DNA of 64,000 bases. Origin: a bacterium. Lineage in GTDB: Bacteria > SM23-31. Shown here one piece after another: positions 28,765-39,815 of this stretch; within the stretch, counting starts at the first letter, position 1, and every line of letters starts with the position of its first letter. The notes under the pieces are model-generated. The model had not been told where the DNA came from. It did no database searches and was given only the letters and a program-made list of their open reading frames with translations. The stretch lies in NCBI GenBank assembly GCA_965221205.1, contig OZ244870.1, forward strand, positions 1,218,232 to 1,282,231, in the 5' to 3' direction. The position numbers were made by a program, and so were the translations under genes.

Positions 28765-29814
28765 GTGTTTGGAAAGCTTCAGGAAATTGTAGAACGCTTT
28801 GAGCAATTGACAGTAGAATTGTCATCTCAGGAGATATTTTCTGACCAGAACCGGTACCGGAATGCTAGTAAAGAGCACAGTGATATTTCCCCAACCGTCG
28901 AGGCCTACAATAAATATTTGAAAGTTGTAGAGGAACTCGAAAATGCTGAAACGCTCAGCAAAGAGTCGTCCGATCCCGAAATGAAAGAAATGGCACGTGA
29001 AGAAATAGAAGTGCTCCAACAGCAAAAAGGAGAGCTTGAAGAGTTGCTCCGTACGCTGCTTATTCCGAAGGACCCGAATGACAATAAAAATGCTATTGTC
29101 GAAATTCGTGCAGGGACGGGTGGTGATGAAGCAGCGTTGTTTGCAGCCGATCTCTACAAGATGTACAGCCGTTTTATAGAGCGGCAGCAGTGGAAAACCG
29201 AAGACTTATCGGTCAGTCCAAGCGAAGTCGGCGGTTTCAAAGAGATGATTTTTCTAGTAAAAGGCAGCCATGTGTATGGTGAACTGAAATTCGAAGGTGG
29301 TGTGCACCGTGTACAGCGTGTTCCGGCAACTGAGGCATCGGGTCGGATTCACACGTCGGCAGCATCGGTAGCCGTACTGCCCGAAGCAGGGGATGTTGAA
29401 ATAGAAATCGATCCGAACGACCTGCAGATTGATGTGTTCAGATCGACCGGACCGGGCGGCCAGAGCGTGAATACAACAGATTCAGCAGTTCGTATTACCC
29501 ATATACCGAGTGGTATGGTTGTGACCTGTCAGGATGAAAAATCTCAGCACAAAAATAAAGCAAAAGCGCTAAAAGTGCTCAAATCCCGCCTACTCAATCA
29601 GAAATTGCAGGAAGAAGCGGAAAAAATGGCTGGTGCACGACGAATGCAGGTGAGTACGGGAGATCGGAGTGCAAAAATCAGAACCTATAACTTTCCCGAA
29701 AAACGGGTAACCGATCACCGAATCAACCTGACTCTTTATAAACTCGATGCTATCCTGCAGGGTGATCTTAATGAATTGATCGAGAAATTGCAGATAGCCG
29801 ATCAGACCGATTAG
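28765..29814 (+). CDS. prfA: peptide chain release factor 1
   Basis: The PAT tripeptide ([14 protein letters not shown]) is RF1-specific, and the GGQ motif is present ([24 protein letters not shown]). GTG start. Confidence 0.93.
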   Translation: MFGKLQEIVERFEQLTVELSSQEIFSDQNRYRNASKEHSDISPTVEAYNKYLKVVEELENAETLSKESSDPEMKEMAREEIEVLQQQKGELEELLRTLLIPKDPNDNKNAIVEIRAGTGGDEAALFAADLYKMYSRFIERQQWKTEDLSVSPSEVGGFKEMIFLVKGSHVYGELKFEGGVHRVQRVPATEASGRIHTSAASVAVLPEAGDVEIEIDPNDLQIDVFRSTGPGGQSVNTTDSAVRITHIPSGMVVTCQDEKSQHKNKAKALKVLKSRLLNQKLQEEAEKMAGARRMQVSTGDRSAKIRTYNFPEKRVTDHRINLTLYKLDAILQGDLNELIEKLQIADQTD

Positions 29815-29985
29815 AAGGCAACACAGACAAAACATTTGAGATAAGTATTCATATGGATTACCATTCCATTCCCGGAAATTCGGACAGAAATAGTGTCAAT
29901 TGATTGATCACGTATTAGAAATTCGTTTAAAGACATTTCTCACAACCAGTCTACATAATAAATAAATTCACACAATGCTCTCACA

Positions 29986-30843
29986 ATGAACATACGAGAA
30001 CTTCTCGCGACAACTGCACACTATTTAAAAGAGAACGGCATCAGCAATCCTAAAACGTCGGGCGAGTTATTACTGGCACATGTACTCTGTGTCACAAGGA
30101 AGGATCTTTATCTCGATTTTGAGAACAATGTTCCCAATGAGAAGAAAAAAGAGTTTCTCCAACTCTGTGACCGTCGGAAAAACGGGGAACCGATTCAGTA
30201 TATTCTGGGTGATACAGAGTTTATTTCACTTCCATTTCAGGTCAATGAGTATGTGCTCATTCCACGACATGAGACCGAACTTCTTGTTGAAAAGGTAATG
30301 TCGTACTGCTCTGCTCGTGGTAATGGTGGAACTGTCCGAATACTTGATATCGGTACCGGTTCCGGTAATATTGCCGTCAGCCTCGCACACTATATGGCTG
30401 GTGCACATATCACTGCTATAGAAGTCAATCGGGAAGCGCTCAAGATTGCTCGGGAAAATGCTGCACGAAATGGGGTGGACAAAAAAATAACGTTTGTCGC
30501 ACAGAATATATTCGATGCGAAAACCGCCGATTTTTCTGATATAGATGTGGTTGTTTCTAATCCGCCCTATATTCATGAGAATGATCACGATTGCCTCGAA
30601 AAAGATGTAGTCGATTATGAACCCCATGAAGCGCTTTTTGCAGGCAGAAACAATCTGATATTTTATGAGACAATTACCAGTCTCGCGGTGACATGGCTAA
30701 AGCAGGGAGGATTGCTCGCATTCGAAATAGGATACGATACCGGCATAGCAGTTAGTGAAATCGTAGAAAATTCAAGCTTTCACACTGTAAAACTTTCGCA
30801 GGATTATGCCGGACATGATCGTATTGTAACCGGTATTCGGTAA
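29986..30843 (+). CDS. prmC: release-factor glutamine N5-methyltransferase
   Basis: SAM-binding ILDIGTGSGNIAV and catalytic VVSNPPYI. It sits downstream of prfA. Confidence 0.9.
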   Translation: MNIRELLATTAHYLKENGISNPKTSGELLLAHVLCVTRKDLYLDFENNVPNEKKKEFLQLCDRRKNGEPIQYILGDTEFISLPFQVNEYVLIPRHETELLVEKVMSYCSARGNGGTVRILDIGTGSGNIAVSLAHYMAGAHITAIEVNREALKIARENAARNGVDKKITFVAQNIFDAKTADFSDIDVVVSNPPYIHENDHDCLEKDVVDYEPHEALFAGRNNLIFYETITSLAVTWLKQGGLLAFEIGYDTGIAVSEIVENSSFHTVKLSQDYAGHDRIVTGIR

Positions 30844-30925
30844 TATTTCTGATAAAATAATCAGGTACAAAACTAGTATAGAACACACTACATTTGAATT
30901 AAATTGAAAGACTAAAGAAATTATA

Positions 30926-33031
30926 ATGAAAGATCTTGAACAAAAACTTCGCAGCTTTTTTCAGAAGCATGCTACTACTTCATATCGTCTCCCGGACATT
31001 ATGTCGGCTCTCCGAATAAATGAAAAGAATAAACAAACAGTTAAAAGAGAATTACACCATCTTGTCAACAACAAAGAAATCAGAAAGGATAAAGGGAAAC
31101 GGTACTTATCGGTTGTCCGGTCTCACATCCGGACAAGCACATTCGAGTCGGGAAAATTCGGTTCCGGATTCGTCAGGGTCGACCATGAAGACCTCTATAT
31201 ACCTCCTGGATATTCCGGCACTGCCCTACCGGGTGATTTAGTCAAAGCCGAAATTTCGGCACGATTAACCAGTAAAAGTCCGGAAGTACGTATTTTGCAG
31301 GTACTGAAACGTGTACGACATGAATTTGTCGGAGAATTTCAAAAAACTCCCGGCGGTGATTTTGTTGTTCCCGATTCCGAATTTCTCAAACGGCAGATTT
31401 TTATTCCGCCTCGTAAAACAAAAAGAGCCCGTGAAGGGCACCGGGTGCTTGTCAAAATATCAGCATGGAACAATGAATATGAAAATCCTGTTGGTGAAAT
31501 TTCCGAGATAATCGGTTTTCCGGGTGAAACGGGTGTTGATGTTCTTTCCATTGCAGTCACCGCAGGTATTTCGATCAAATTTCCTCCAAAGGTACTCAGG
31601 GAAGCAAAAGACTTGAAGCGGCTTGAAGGCAAAGCCTTGGAACATGACAGGAAAGACTTTCGGAACGAGGAGATTTTCACCATCGATCCGGTAAGTGCAA
31701 AAGATTTTGATGATGCCGTATCGCTCACCATTCTGTCCGGTGGTAACTACCGTCTTGGTGTCTATATTGCCGATGTCTCGGTTTATGTTCATGAAGGGTC
31801 TGCACTGGACCGTGAGGCTGCCAAACGGAGCTTGAGTGTCTATTTGATCAACAAAGTTATTCCAATGCTTCCTGAAAAGCTGTCAGAGGACTTTTGCAGT
31901 CTCAGACAGGATGAGGACCGTCCGGTATTCTGCATCAGAATGACCTGTACCCCTGACGGTGATGTCATCGACTATGAAATTTGTGAGGGTATTATCCGGA
32001 GCGCAGCCAGGCTCACGTATGAAGAGGCACAAAATATTATAGACGGCAAACTCAAAAGCCCTCTGAGCGCAACACTCAAGACGATGAATTTATTTGCTAA
32101 AACACTCCGTGAAAAACGGTTCAAAAGAGGAGGACTCGATTTTTATACCCCGGAAGTTGATTTTAAACTCAATGAAAACGGGATACCGAACGCAATTGAT
32201 GTAAAGCAGATTCACGATTCAAACAATTTGATAGAAGAATTCATGCTGCTTGCAAACAAAATCACAGCGCAGCACAAAGTAAAACTTGAACAACCTTATC
32301 GGATGAGTCTTCCCTATGTTTACAGAGTGCATGAAACACCCGATCAGGACAACATTCGGGAGTTTCATACACTTGTCAGGTCACTCGGATGTACAAAAAT
32401 CAAAGGAACACCGGGTTCGTCGTTCTGGTTTCAGTCTATTCTGAATTATTTCAGCGATAAGCCTGAAAAAATATTTATTGAAGAAATAGCGCTCCGCAGC
32501 ATGATGAAAGCGCAGTACCGGACACACAATATGGGGCATTTTGGACTCGGATTTCAGGCATATACTCACTTTACGTCTCCAATCAGGCGATATCCCGATC
32601 TGATTCTCCACAGACTGATTAAACACTACACAAACAAGCTGTGGACAGAAGATATCACGCAGTTTAAACGGAAACTTTCGCATATGTGCAGCCACACAAC
32701 CGAGATGGAAATTCGCGCAGTCAAAGCAGAGCGGGAAGTGGTGAAACTGAAGAAGCTCGAATTTATGCAGGATAAGCGGGGGGATGTATACCACGGTGTT
32801 ATTAGTGGTGTTACTGCGTTCGGTCTCTTTGTTGAGCTTGAAGAAATTCTCGTCGAGGGCCTTGTCCATGTCAGGGATATTGGTGACGATTTCTACCGGT
32901 ATGAAGAAGACAATTACCGCCTTGTAGGTGAACACAAAGGGATTGTGTACAAGCTTGGTGACAAGGTAACCATTCAGATTATTAAAGTAAATATCGATCT
33001 TCGCCACCTCGATTTTGTTATTATCGAATAA
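30926..33031 (+). CDS. rnr: ribonuclease R (RNB-family 3'-5' exoribonuclease)
   Basis: RNB motifs TIDPVSAKDFDDAVS and HFGLGFQAYTHFTSPIRRYPDLILHR, plus a C-terminal S1 domain (GVISGVTAFGLFVEL). Confidence 0.92.
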   Translation: MKDLEQKLRSFFQKHATTSYRLPDIMSALRINEKNKQTVKRELHHLVNNKEIRKDKGKRYLSVVRSHIRTSTFESGKFGSGFVRVDHEDLYIPPGYSGTALPGDLVKAEISARLTSKSPEVRILQVLKRVRHEFVGEFQKTPGGDFVVPDSEFLKRQIFIPPRKTKRAREGHRVLVKISAWNNEYENPVGEISEIIGFPGETGVDVLSIAVTAGISIKFPPKVLREAKDLKRLEGKALEHDRKDFRNEEIFTIDPVSAKDFDDAVSLTILSGGNYRLGVYIADVSVYVHEGSALDREAAKRSLSVYLINKVIPMLPEKLSEDFCSLRQDEDRPVFCIRMTCTPDGDVIDYEICEGIIRSAARLTYEEAQNIIDGKLKSPLSATLKTMNLFAKTLREKRFKRGGLDFYTPEVDFKLNENGIPNAIDVKQIHDSNNLIEEFMLLANKITAQHKVKLEQPYRMSLPYVYRVHETPDQDNIREFHTLVRSLGCTKIKGTPGSSFWFQSILNYFSDKPEKIFIEEIALRSMMKAQYRTHNMGHFGLGFQAYTHFTSPIRRYPDLILHRLIKHYTNKLWTEDITQFKRKLSHMCSHTTEMEIRAVKAEREVVKLKKLEFMQDKRGDVYHGVISGVTAFGLFVELEEILVEGLVHVRDIGDDFYRYEEDNYRLVGEHKGIVYKLGDKVTIQIIKVNIDLRHLDFVIIE

Positions 33032-33344
33032 TAACAGTAGCAAAGAAATTTGCTGACAGTTTCGATTGTCAACCGGCTTTTCCAGTTGTTTTAGAGAAAC
33101 AATTCATGTAACTTTGCGAGAAATAATCAGCATTGGTTGTGGGGTAAATGTGGAGCAATTGGGAAATAAAAAATTATAAAATGAGCTGAGATAATTTTGG
33201 GTTATTACTGTTTTTGTATGATTGTCATTGCTGATACTCTAATCTACAATATTGAGTTTTCCGTCATTTCGACCAGAACTCTGATAATTAAAATTGGAGT
33301 GAAGCCGAGAAACCTCAACCGTAATTAGTAAATTAAAAAATTCA

Positions 33345-34355
33345 ATGTATATATTCGACTTCAGACAAATAAAGGTATTCAACTTCAAGCGACTCTGGAA
33401 TAGCATCAAGCTGCTGACATCGTTCTATGTGTCGAAGTATACAAAGAAATTATGGATAGCAGGTTATCCGCCTGTTCTGTCGATCGAACCAACGAGCATC
33501 TGCAATCTGAAATGCCCCCAGTGTCCGACCGGTATGGGGATTCTCAAACGGCCTGCCGGATATCTCGATATGGATCTCTATCGTTCAATCATCGATGATT
33601 TAGGTAGCACCGCAACGACAGTCCAGCTCTTTTTTCAGGGTGAACCTTTCTTGCACAAGCAGCTTCCCGAAATGATTAGCTATGCAAAGTCGAAAAAACT
33701 GTACACTGTGACGAGCACCAACGGCCATTTCCTTGACCAGGCCACCGTTGATGCTGTTGTACAAGCTGAACTCGATACCCTTGTGATCGGACTTGACGGC
33801 ATATCGCCCGAAGTCTATAAATTTTACCGGCGTAACGGCAATTTCGATACGGCAGTCAAAGGGATCGAACGGCTCATTGCAGAGAGAAATAATGCCGGTA
33901 AGAAACACCCGAAAATATGCTTGCAGTTTATTGTATTCAAGAGTAACGAGGATCAAATTGAAGATGTTAAGCGGTTCGGAAAAGAACTCGGTGTTGATAA
34001 GGTGGTGATCAAAACGGGTCAGATTTATGCCGATACCGATGTTAATGAATACCTGCCTTCAAATCCCCGCTATACACGGTATGTCAATGATAACGGAACC
34101 ATCCGGTTGAAAAATTCCGTACCCAATTTTTGCAAGCGGATCTGGACAAATGCGGTGTTTACGTGGGACGGCACCCTGGCGTCGTGCTGCTTCGACAAGG
34201 ATGCTGAATATGCGTTCGGGACATGGAACGGAAAATCATTTAATGACATGTGGCGAAGCAAGCAGAGCAGGGATTTTCGCAAACAAGTCCTGAAAAACCG
34301 GAGCGCGATTCCGATGTGTAGTAATTGCACTGAAGGGATAAAAGAGTGGTTGTAG
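33345..34355 (+). CDS. radical SAM enzyme with a C-terminal SPASM-like Cys-rich domain
   Basis: CNLKCPQCP (CxxxCxxC) at residues about 53-61, GEPFL, and a C-terminal cysteine cluster (FCKR...SCCFDKD...MCSNCTEG). Substrate unknown. Confidence 0.8.
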   Translation: MYIFDFRQIKVFNFKRLWNSIKLLTSFYVSKYTKKLWIAGYPPVLSIEPTSICNLKCPQCPTGMGILKRPAGYLDMDLYRSIIDDLGSTATTVQLFFQGEPFLHKQLPEMISYAKSKKLYTVTSTNGHFLDQATVDAVVQAELDTLVIGLDGISPEVYKFYRRNGNFDTAVKGIERLIAERNNAGKKHPKICLQFIVFKSNEDQIEDVKRFGKELGVDKVVIKTGQIYADTDVNEYLPSNPRYTRYVNDNGTIRLKNSVPNFCKRIWTNAVFTWDGTLASCCFDKDAEYAFGTWNGKSFNDMWRSKQSRDFRKQVLKNRSAIPMCSNCTEGIKEWL

Positions 34356-34453
34356 TGTAGTCGTTACAAGCAGAACAATTCCATTCGACTTACTTCCAGA
34401 AAGACATACAAGATCATTCAAATAACGAACCTAACCTGAGAAACTGATCAACG

Positions 34454-35572
34454 ATGATACCGTTTGATATTTTTCTTATTATCGCCACAATTTTGTATTG
34501 CGGGATTGGAGTTGCTCTGAACATTGCTCTGTCGAAAAATCCGAATATCAGAGTAAACTACGAACCAAATGTGACGGTTATTGTTCCGGCGCGGAACGAA
34601 GAAACCAACATCGAACGGTGTTTTCGGTCTCTTACAGCCCAAAATTATCCTGCAGAAAAACTACAGATCATCGTCGTCGATGACAACTCCGAAGACAAAA
34701 CTGCACCGATTGTTCAATCGTTGAGCAGAGATTTCCACAACTGTACACTTCTCTCACTATCTGATGATTCACAGCTCGGATTTGGAAAAATTGCAGCGCT
34801 TGCACATGGCTTTCAACACGCAACAGGGGAAATCGTTTTTCAGACAGATGCCGATTGTGTCGTGTCGGAAAAATGGATAAAAAGTGTACTTTCTATCTTT
34901 CACAACGATGTCGGAATTGTCGGAGGGATGACACTGTTAGAACCATTTTCAGAAAAAAGTTCTTGTTTTACCAGAATTCAGATATTAGATTGGATGTACT
35001 TGCTTGGAATTGGTGCGGGCGCTAACGCCTTGGGTATTCCGCTGAGTTGCTTTGGCAACAACCTGGCACTGCGGCGTAAGGCCTATGATGCTACCGGCGG
35101 ATATGAAGCCATTCCTTTTACCTTCACCGAAGATTTTGCTATTTTCCGTGCAGTTGCCCGTGCCGGTTGGAAAACCGAATTTACCCTTACTGAATCTTCA
35201 CTTGTTTACAGCAGGCCTCCACACACATTTAGAGCATTCATCAATCAGCGGCTCAGATGGGCCGCAGGCGGAATTAAACTTGCAGGCAAGGGAGTTGTTC
35301 TGCTCATGGTCGCATTTATTTTCCATTGTGCAGTGATAGGTGCCGCCGGTCTGAAGAGTAATAGTGTGATTCTGTTTTCTTCAATTGTTGCCGCTCTTTG
35401 CGTAGATTTCTTGTTTTTAAGGACACTTGCACAACGTGTCCGGAAATTGTCTGTGCTGCGGATTTTCCCGCTCTTTGAATTGTACTACTTTCTGTATACA
35501 ACATTTTTCGGAATTACTTTACCTTTTGCATTAAAATTAAAGTGGAAAAACAGATCGTATAAAAGTATCTGA
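34454..35572 (+). CDS. membrane-embedded family-2 glycosyltransferase (processive-type, QxxRW present)
   Basis: N-terminal TM, VTVIVPARNEE, VVDDNSEDKT, QTDADC and QRLRWAAGG, followed by 3-4 C-terminal TMs. Confidence 0.8.
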   Translation: MIPFDIFLIIATILYCGIGVALNIALSKNPNIRVNYEPNVTVIVPARNEETNIERCFRSLTAQNYPAEKLQIIVVDDNSEDKTAPIVQSLSRDFHNCTLLSLSDDSQLGFGKIAALAHGFQHATGEIVFQTDADCVVSEKWIKSVLSIFHNDVGIVGGMTLLEPFSEKSSCFTRIQILDWMYLLGIGAGANALGIPLSCFGNNLALRRKAYDATGGYEAIPFTFTEDFAIFRAVARAGWKTEFTLTESSLVYSRPPHTFRAFINQRLRWAAGGIKLAGKGVVLLMVAFIFHCAVIGAAGLKSNSVILFSSIVAALCVDFLFLRTLAQRVRKLSVLRIFPLFELYYFLYTTFFGITLPFALKLKWKNRSYKSI

Positions 35573-35629
35573 CAGAATAAGTATCCGATTTAATTGTTTC
35601 AGATCTGAATTTGTATAACAGAATAGACA

Positions 35630-37186
35630 ATGGTATCACTACTCAAAAATATTGCTGTTAATATCATGAACGCCGGATTTGAAGTCGTCGTCGATGCTCC
35701 ATACCGGATAGAACCGGGCATGTCTATTCCACTTATATGCCTGGTGAAAGAGAAGAGAAACAAATCATTCACGATTGAGTCGATCAAAGTCAATATAATG
35801 CAGAAGGGGCAAACCATCCGTGTCACATCGGTGCTTCGATCACCGGTCGATGTCCACGATTCAAAATGGCATAAAGTGATTCGTGTGCCGCTCCACGACT
35901 CAATGCAGGGAAAGTTTGAATTAGATACGATTGTCACCATCAGCAGAGACGGGAAAAATAAAAAAATCCGCTCACATCCGTATAGCGGAACAAGCAGTGA
36001 AACACTAAAAATATTCCGTGCGGTTGATTCGCTGCCGAAATTTGCAGATTACTATTTTGGGGATATGCATTATCACTGTCTAAGTGAAAGCAAATCTGAA
36101 AGTATCAGTGCTCCGCTGATGTTTTCAACTCAGGTTGCCAAAGCCTTCGGACTTCAATTCTTTGCTGTTACCGATCATTCACATGTTCTGGAAGATAGGG
36201 GCGGTTCGTCTCGCAGCGACAGTTCGGGTAAATGGGACAAATTTCAAGAAAAAGTAAATTCTATTAATAGCAAGAATGAGGATGTGGTGATTCTACCCGG
36301 TGAAGAAATAAAATGCAAAAATCACAGCGGTAGAGATGTTGACCTCATAATTGTAAATTATTCTGAGTTCATTCGGGGATCACAGGGAACTACAGCTCCT
36401 GTAAAGTCCCATGAATCAAACTTAAAAGAGCTGCTGTCGCGCGTTGGATCCGCAGCGGTTACGTTTGCAGTCCATCCGATGAAGCAGACTTCCTTCTACG
36501 AAAAACTCTTTTACCGGAGAGGGCGGTGGGGTAAACTTGATCTGACTCTGGCAGGATTGACGGGGATGCAGGTCTATGATGGCATGAACGAATATTTTCT
36601 CGGCCGGGGACTCAAACACTGGGTCGAACTGCTGCTCAAGGGAGAGAGAAAATTTATTGTAGCGGGCAGTGATTCTTATGCCGATTTCGGAGAACAGATC
36701 AAACCGCAGTCACCGTTCAGAAAATCGAATGCAAAATCCCTTCAGGAATTCGGCAGGGCACGAACGGGACTTTTCTGTACGCCGCCGATTACAAAGGAAA
36801 AAATCGTACAAAGTCTGAAAGAGGGAAAATCGGTCATTTCCACCGGTCCATTAATGGATTTTAGCGTTCATAACCACATTGGAGAACGGGTGCTGGTCGG
36901 TGGTAATATAGAGGGGCGAACCTTTACCGTCAAATTCAGAGGAGTTTCCTCCGCTGAATACGGTCCGATTACCGATATAAAACTTTATCTCGGTGAAATC
37001 CGGCGTGAATGTGAGGAACAAGTTTTTTCTGTTAAGCTGACGAAAAACCGGTATAACTATCAGGGTGAGTTTCACATAGAAGCCAGGGGAAAAATCAATT
37101 ATATCCGTGGTGAACTGATTTCCGGCGATGCCGGACGTTCGCTCTTCTGCGTTACAAATCCCATCTGGATTAAATCACTAACATGA
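35630..37186 (+). CDS. PHP-domain (CehA/McbA-like) metallo-phosphoesterase-fold protein with an N-terminal beta-rich domain
   Basis: YFGDMHYHCLSE...FFAVTDHSHV (PHP His clusters) and a C-terminal ...FCVTNPIWIK, typical of this family. I see no signal peptide. Confidence 0.6.
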   Translation: MVSLLKNIAVNIMNAGFEVVVDAPYRIEPGMSIPLICLVKEKRNKSFTIESIKVNIMQKGQTIRVTSVLRSPVDVHDSKWHKVIRVPLHDSMQGKFELDTIVTISRDGKNKKIRSHPYSGTSSETLKIFRAVDSLPKFADYYFGDMHYHCLSESKSESISAPLMFSTQVAKAFGLQFFAVTDHSHVLEDRGGSSRSDSSGKWDKFQEKVNSINSKNEDVVILPGEEIKCKNHSGRDVDLIIVNYSEFIRGSQGTTAPVKSHESNLKELLSRVGSAAVTFAVHPMKQTSFYEKLFYRRGRWGKLDLTLAGLTGMQVYDGMNEYFLGRGLKHWVELLLKGERKFIVAGSDSYADFGEQIKPQSPFRKSNAKSLQEFGRARTGLFCTPPITKEKIVQSLKEGKSVISTGPLMDFSVHNHIGERVLVGGNIEGRTFTVKFRGVSSAEYGPITDIKLYLGEIRRECEEQVFSVKLTKNRYNYQGEFHIEARGKINYIRGELISGDAGRSLFCVTNPIWIKSLT

Positions 37187-37201
37187 TGAGCCGTCTTCCC
37201 C

Positions 37202-38374
37202 ATGCACCTCTTCTTTGTTTGTTCAATACTTACTATCATCATATTATATAGTTTATTTGTCATCTCCTTGATGATCGGATTGCGCCGCCTCTCATCCGGC
37301 ACTAACACTACACAGTATTCTGTTTCAATCGTTGTTGCTGCACGGAATGAAGAACAATCACTGCCTGCTTGTATCGAGGCGCTATTGGCACAGGACTACC
37401 CGTCTGAAAAGCTGGAAATTATAATTGTTAATGACCGATCTGAAGACAAAACAGGAAAAATTTTAGAGCGATACGCAGAAAAAAACCCCAATCTCAAATA
37501 TCTCACCATTCAGTCAGTTCCTGAGTACTACGCACCAAAAAAGTACGCTCTCTCAAAAGGGGTTGAAGCAACATCGGGAGAAATAATCTGTACAACAGAT
37601 GCAGATTGCGTGCCTCCTGCCACGTGGGTCTCTGAACTTATATCTCACTTTACCAGTCACACCGGGTTTGTCGCAGGTTTCTCGCCAGTGTACCCCACAC
37701 AAAGTAATGAACAAATTGATGATCAGAACAATATACAATTCAGACTTTTCAAACGGTGGTACATAAAATTGGTCGCCGATTTCATGAATATGGACTCGAT
37801 TGGACTTGCGGTAGCGTCTGCCGGGGGGATTGCTCTTGACATGCCGTGGACCTGTGCGGGCCGGAACCTCGCCTACAGAAAAGAAGCTTTCCAAGAGGTT
37901 GGAGGTTTTGATAATGTGAAACATATTCTCTCAGGTGACGATGATCTTCTGATGTTTCTCATTCATTACAAATCAAAATGGAAACTCCGCTATGCGGCGA
38001 ATAAACGTGCCGCCGTTCCCACGTTCGACGATACAAAACCCCGGAAAATAGCACAGCAGCGAGTACGCCACGCGTCGAAATTTTTTGATCACCCGCTCCG
38101 CGTCAAAACCACATCCGTGGTAGTTTTTTTATTTTATTGTCTGTTTATGTTTTCACCTTTGCTGATCTTCATATCATGGCAGGGGACACTCTTATTCGGA
38201 CTGATTGCAGGTGTAAAATTGTTGTTAGAATATTTTTCAGTTCGAAAAGGTGCTCGACTCTTCCAAATGCATTTTTCATATTCTGCATTTTTGAAAGCCT
38301 ACCTCATCCATCCGCCTGTCACCGTCCTTGCTTCACTTTTCGGCTCTACCGGTACATTTTCCTGGAAAAGTTGA
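37202..38374 (+). CDS. second membrane family-2 glycosyltransferase, paralogous to 34454-35572, with a degenerate QxxRW motif
   Basis: VSIVVAARNEE, IVNDRSEDKT and TTDADC. The Q(R/Q)xRW position reads QQRVRHASK (Trp replaced by His). C-terminal TMs present. Confidence 0.78.
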   Translation: MHLFFVCSILTIIILYSLFVISLMIGLRRLSSGTNTTQYSVSIVVAARNEEQSLPACIEALLAQDYPSEKLEIIIVNDRSEDKTGKILERYAEKNPNLKYLTIQSVPEYYAPKKYALSKGVEATSGEIICTTDADCVPPATWVSELISHFTSHTGFVAGFSPVYPTQSNEQIDDQNNIQFRLFKRWYIKLVADFMNMDSIGLAVASAGGIALDMPWTCAGRNLAYRKEAFQEVGGFDNVKHILSGDDDLLMFLIHYKSKWKLRYAANKRAAVPTFDDTKPRKIAQQRVRHASKFFDHPLRVKTTSVVVFLFYCLFMFSPLLIFISWQGTLLFGLIAGVKLLLEYFSVRKGARLFQMHFSYSAFLKAYLIHPPVTVLASLFGSTGTFSWKS

Positions 38375-38411
38375 GATTGAATTTTCTTAAAGTGTTTCTT
38401 TGAAATTGTTT

Positions 38412-39815
38412 CTACAACTTAAATCGTATTGGAAGAGACGTCCAGAATTTTACCGGATCACTATCCTGTGTTGCTGGTGAAAACGAGACACTTTTTATTG
38501 CTTCTATAGCGGCATTGTCCAGTTCAGAATAACCCGATGATTGTGCAATTTTTGTTTCAAGAACACTCCCGTCTTCACCGACTAATGTTCGAACTAGTAC
38601 TAATCCTTCTTTACCTTCTTCCTTAGCTTTCTGCGGGTACACTATTCTATCGGCAATTGCCGATAAAATTGTATTGGATCCTCTTGTATTGGATCCTTCA
38701 ATTATCCGTAGTTGATTCTCGATTGGAAGAAGTTCAAGTTCCGGTATCGTTTCAGTAACAATCAGAGACTGCTCGGAAGTTGATTCATTATCGGAAAGCT
38801 GTTGTGATGAAGAAAGCATGGTTTCCTGTTCACGCTCACAGGCAAAGTAAATACACAAACCTGTCACGAAAGCTACTGTAATTTTTGTATAATACGTCAT
38901 AGCAATACTCTCCTTCCCTACACACTTCATTATAGTATGGATTCTTTTAGTGAGTGAATGTTTTCTTTCAAAAAAACCAATGCCCGCAAATCCTAGATGA
39001 GATTCCCTGGTGATGTCTTCACTAACCTGAAGGATGCAGTCGGCATACTCTTTTCTGCTCAATTGTAATCCTGTTTGAGCGAGACTATCGCATATATCTT
39101 CCCGATATTGTCGAATTTTCCTATTCATAATCCAGACAAGCGGATGAAAGAAAAAGATAATCTGAATGATGATCTGTACAAAGTTGACTATTAAATCAGA
39201 GCGCTTGATGTGGATGAGTTCATGCATGAGAATCGGCTCAACTTTTTTTACCGGCCATGTATCCGCTATCTGTCTGGGAAGATACACTGTGGGATGAAGC
39301 AGCCCTGCTGCTGCCGGGCTTTGAGCATTTCTCATATCAAGATATTTGAGTTCTGTTGAATTCGAAAGTCCAAGTTCATTTTTTAGCTGTTCAAAACGTT
39401 TTGTCAGCACACTCCGTTTAACAGGAGGAGAGGACGAAAGAGCAAAATAGGTCAATAGCAGTTTTCCTAAATAGGCCGCACACAATAATCCTACCACACT
39501 GAGCCATAGTAATGTAATATATTCATTCAGCGAGAAGGAAAAAGCAATTGAACTTTGTGAAGTGGAATCAATAACCGGGAGTTCAATCAGTGAATAGTCT
39601 ATAAATACTGAATTCTCATTTGAGGAGACAGAAATGGTAAATGGGATACAGAGCCGGAACAGACCAATGCACCATAACCAGTAATGAAAGAGCGGAGAGG
39701 AACGTCTGCTGAATTGTGAAATAATGAGGATTACAAAAAAGAGTATTGATATCTGAATACTGATTTCCCAGAAAAAAGGAGTCAATATGCCGGACAAATC
39801 TTTAAGAAGTATCAT
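38412..39815 (-). CDS. BlaR1-family M56 peptidase sensor fused to a C-terminal TonB domain
   Basis: HELIHIKRSD (HExxH), multiple TMs, and a C-terminal YPQKAKEEGKEGLVLVRTLVGEDGSV...NAAIEAIK...PIRFKL (TonB_C). I prefer the ATG at 39815, with AAGGAG 8 nt upstream and a 14-nt overlap with the repressor gene. Confidence 0.82.
   Translation of the reverse strand: MILLKDLSGILTPFFWEISIQISILFFVILIISQFSRRSSPLFHYWLWCIGLFRLCIPFTISVSSNENSVFIDYSLIELPVIDSTSQSSIAFSFSLNEYITLLWLSVVGLLCAAYLGKLLLTYFALSSSPPVKRSVLTKRFEQLKNELGLSNSTELKYLDMRNAQSPAAAGLLHPTVYLPRQIADTWPVKKVEPILMHELIHIKRSDLIVNFVQIIIQIIFFFHPLVWIMNRKIRQYREDICDSLAQTGLQLSRKEYADCILQVSEDITRESHLGFAGIGFFERKHSLTKRIHTIMKCVGKESIAMTYYTKITVAFVTGLCIYFACEREQETMLSSSQQLSDNESTSEQSLIVTETIPELELLPIENQLRIIEGSNTRGSNTILSAIADRIVYPQKAKEEGKEGLVLVRTLVGEDGSVLETKIAQSSGYSELDNAAIEAIKSVSFSPATQDSDPVKFWTSLPIRFKL

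Noticed and set aside
32381-33043. 220-aa minus-strand ORF
   Set aside because: It is antisense to the 3' part of rnr. It has no motif support.
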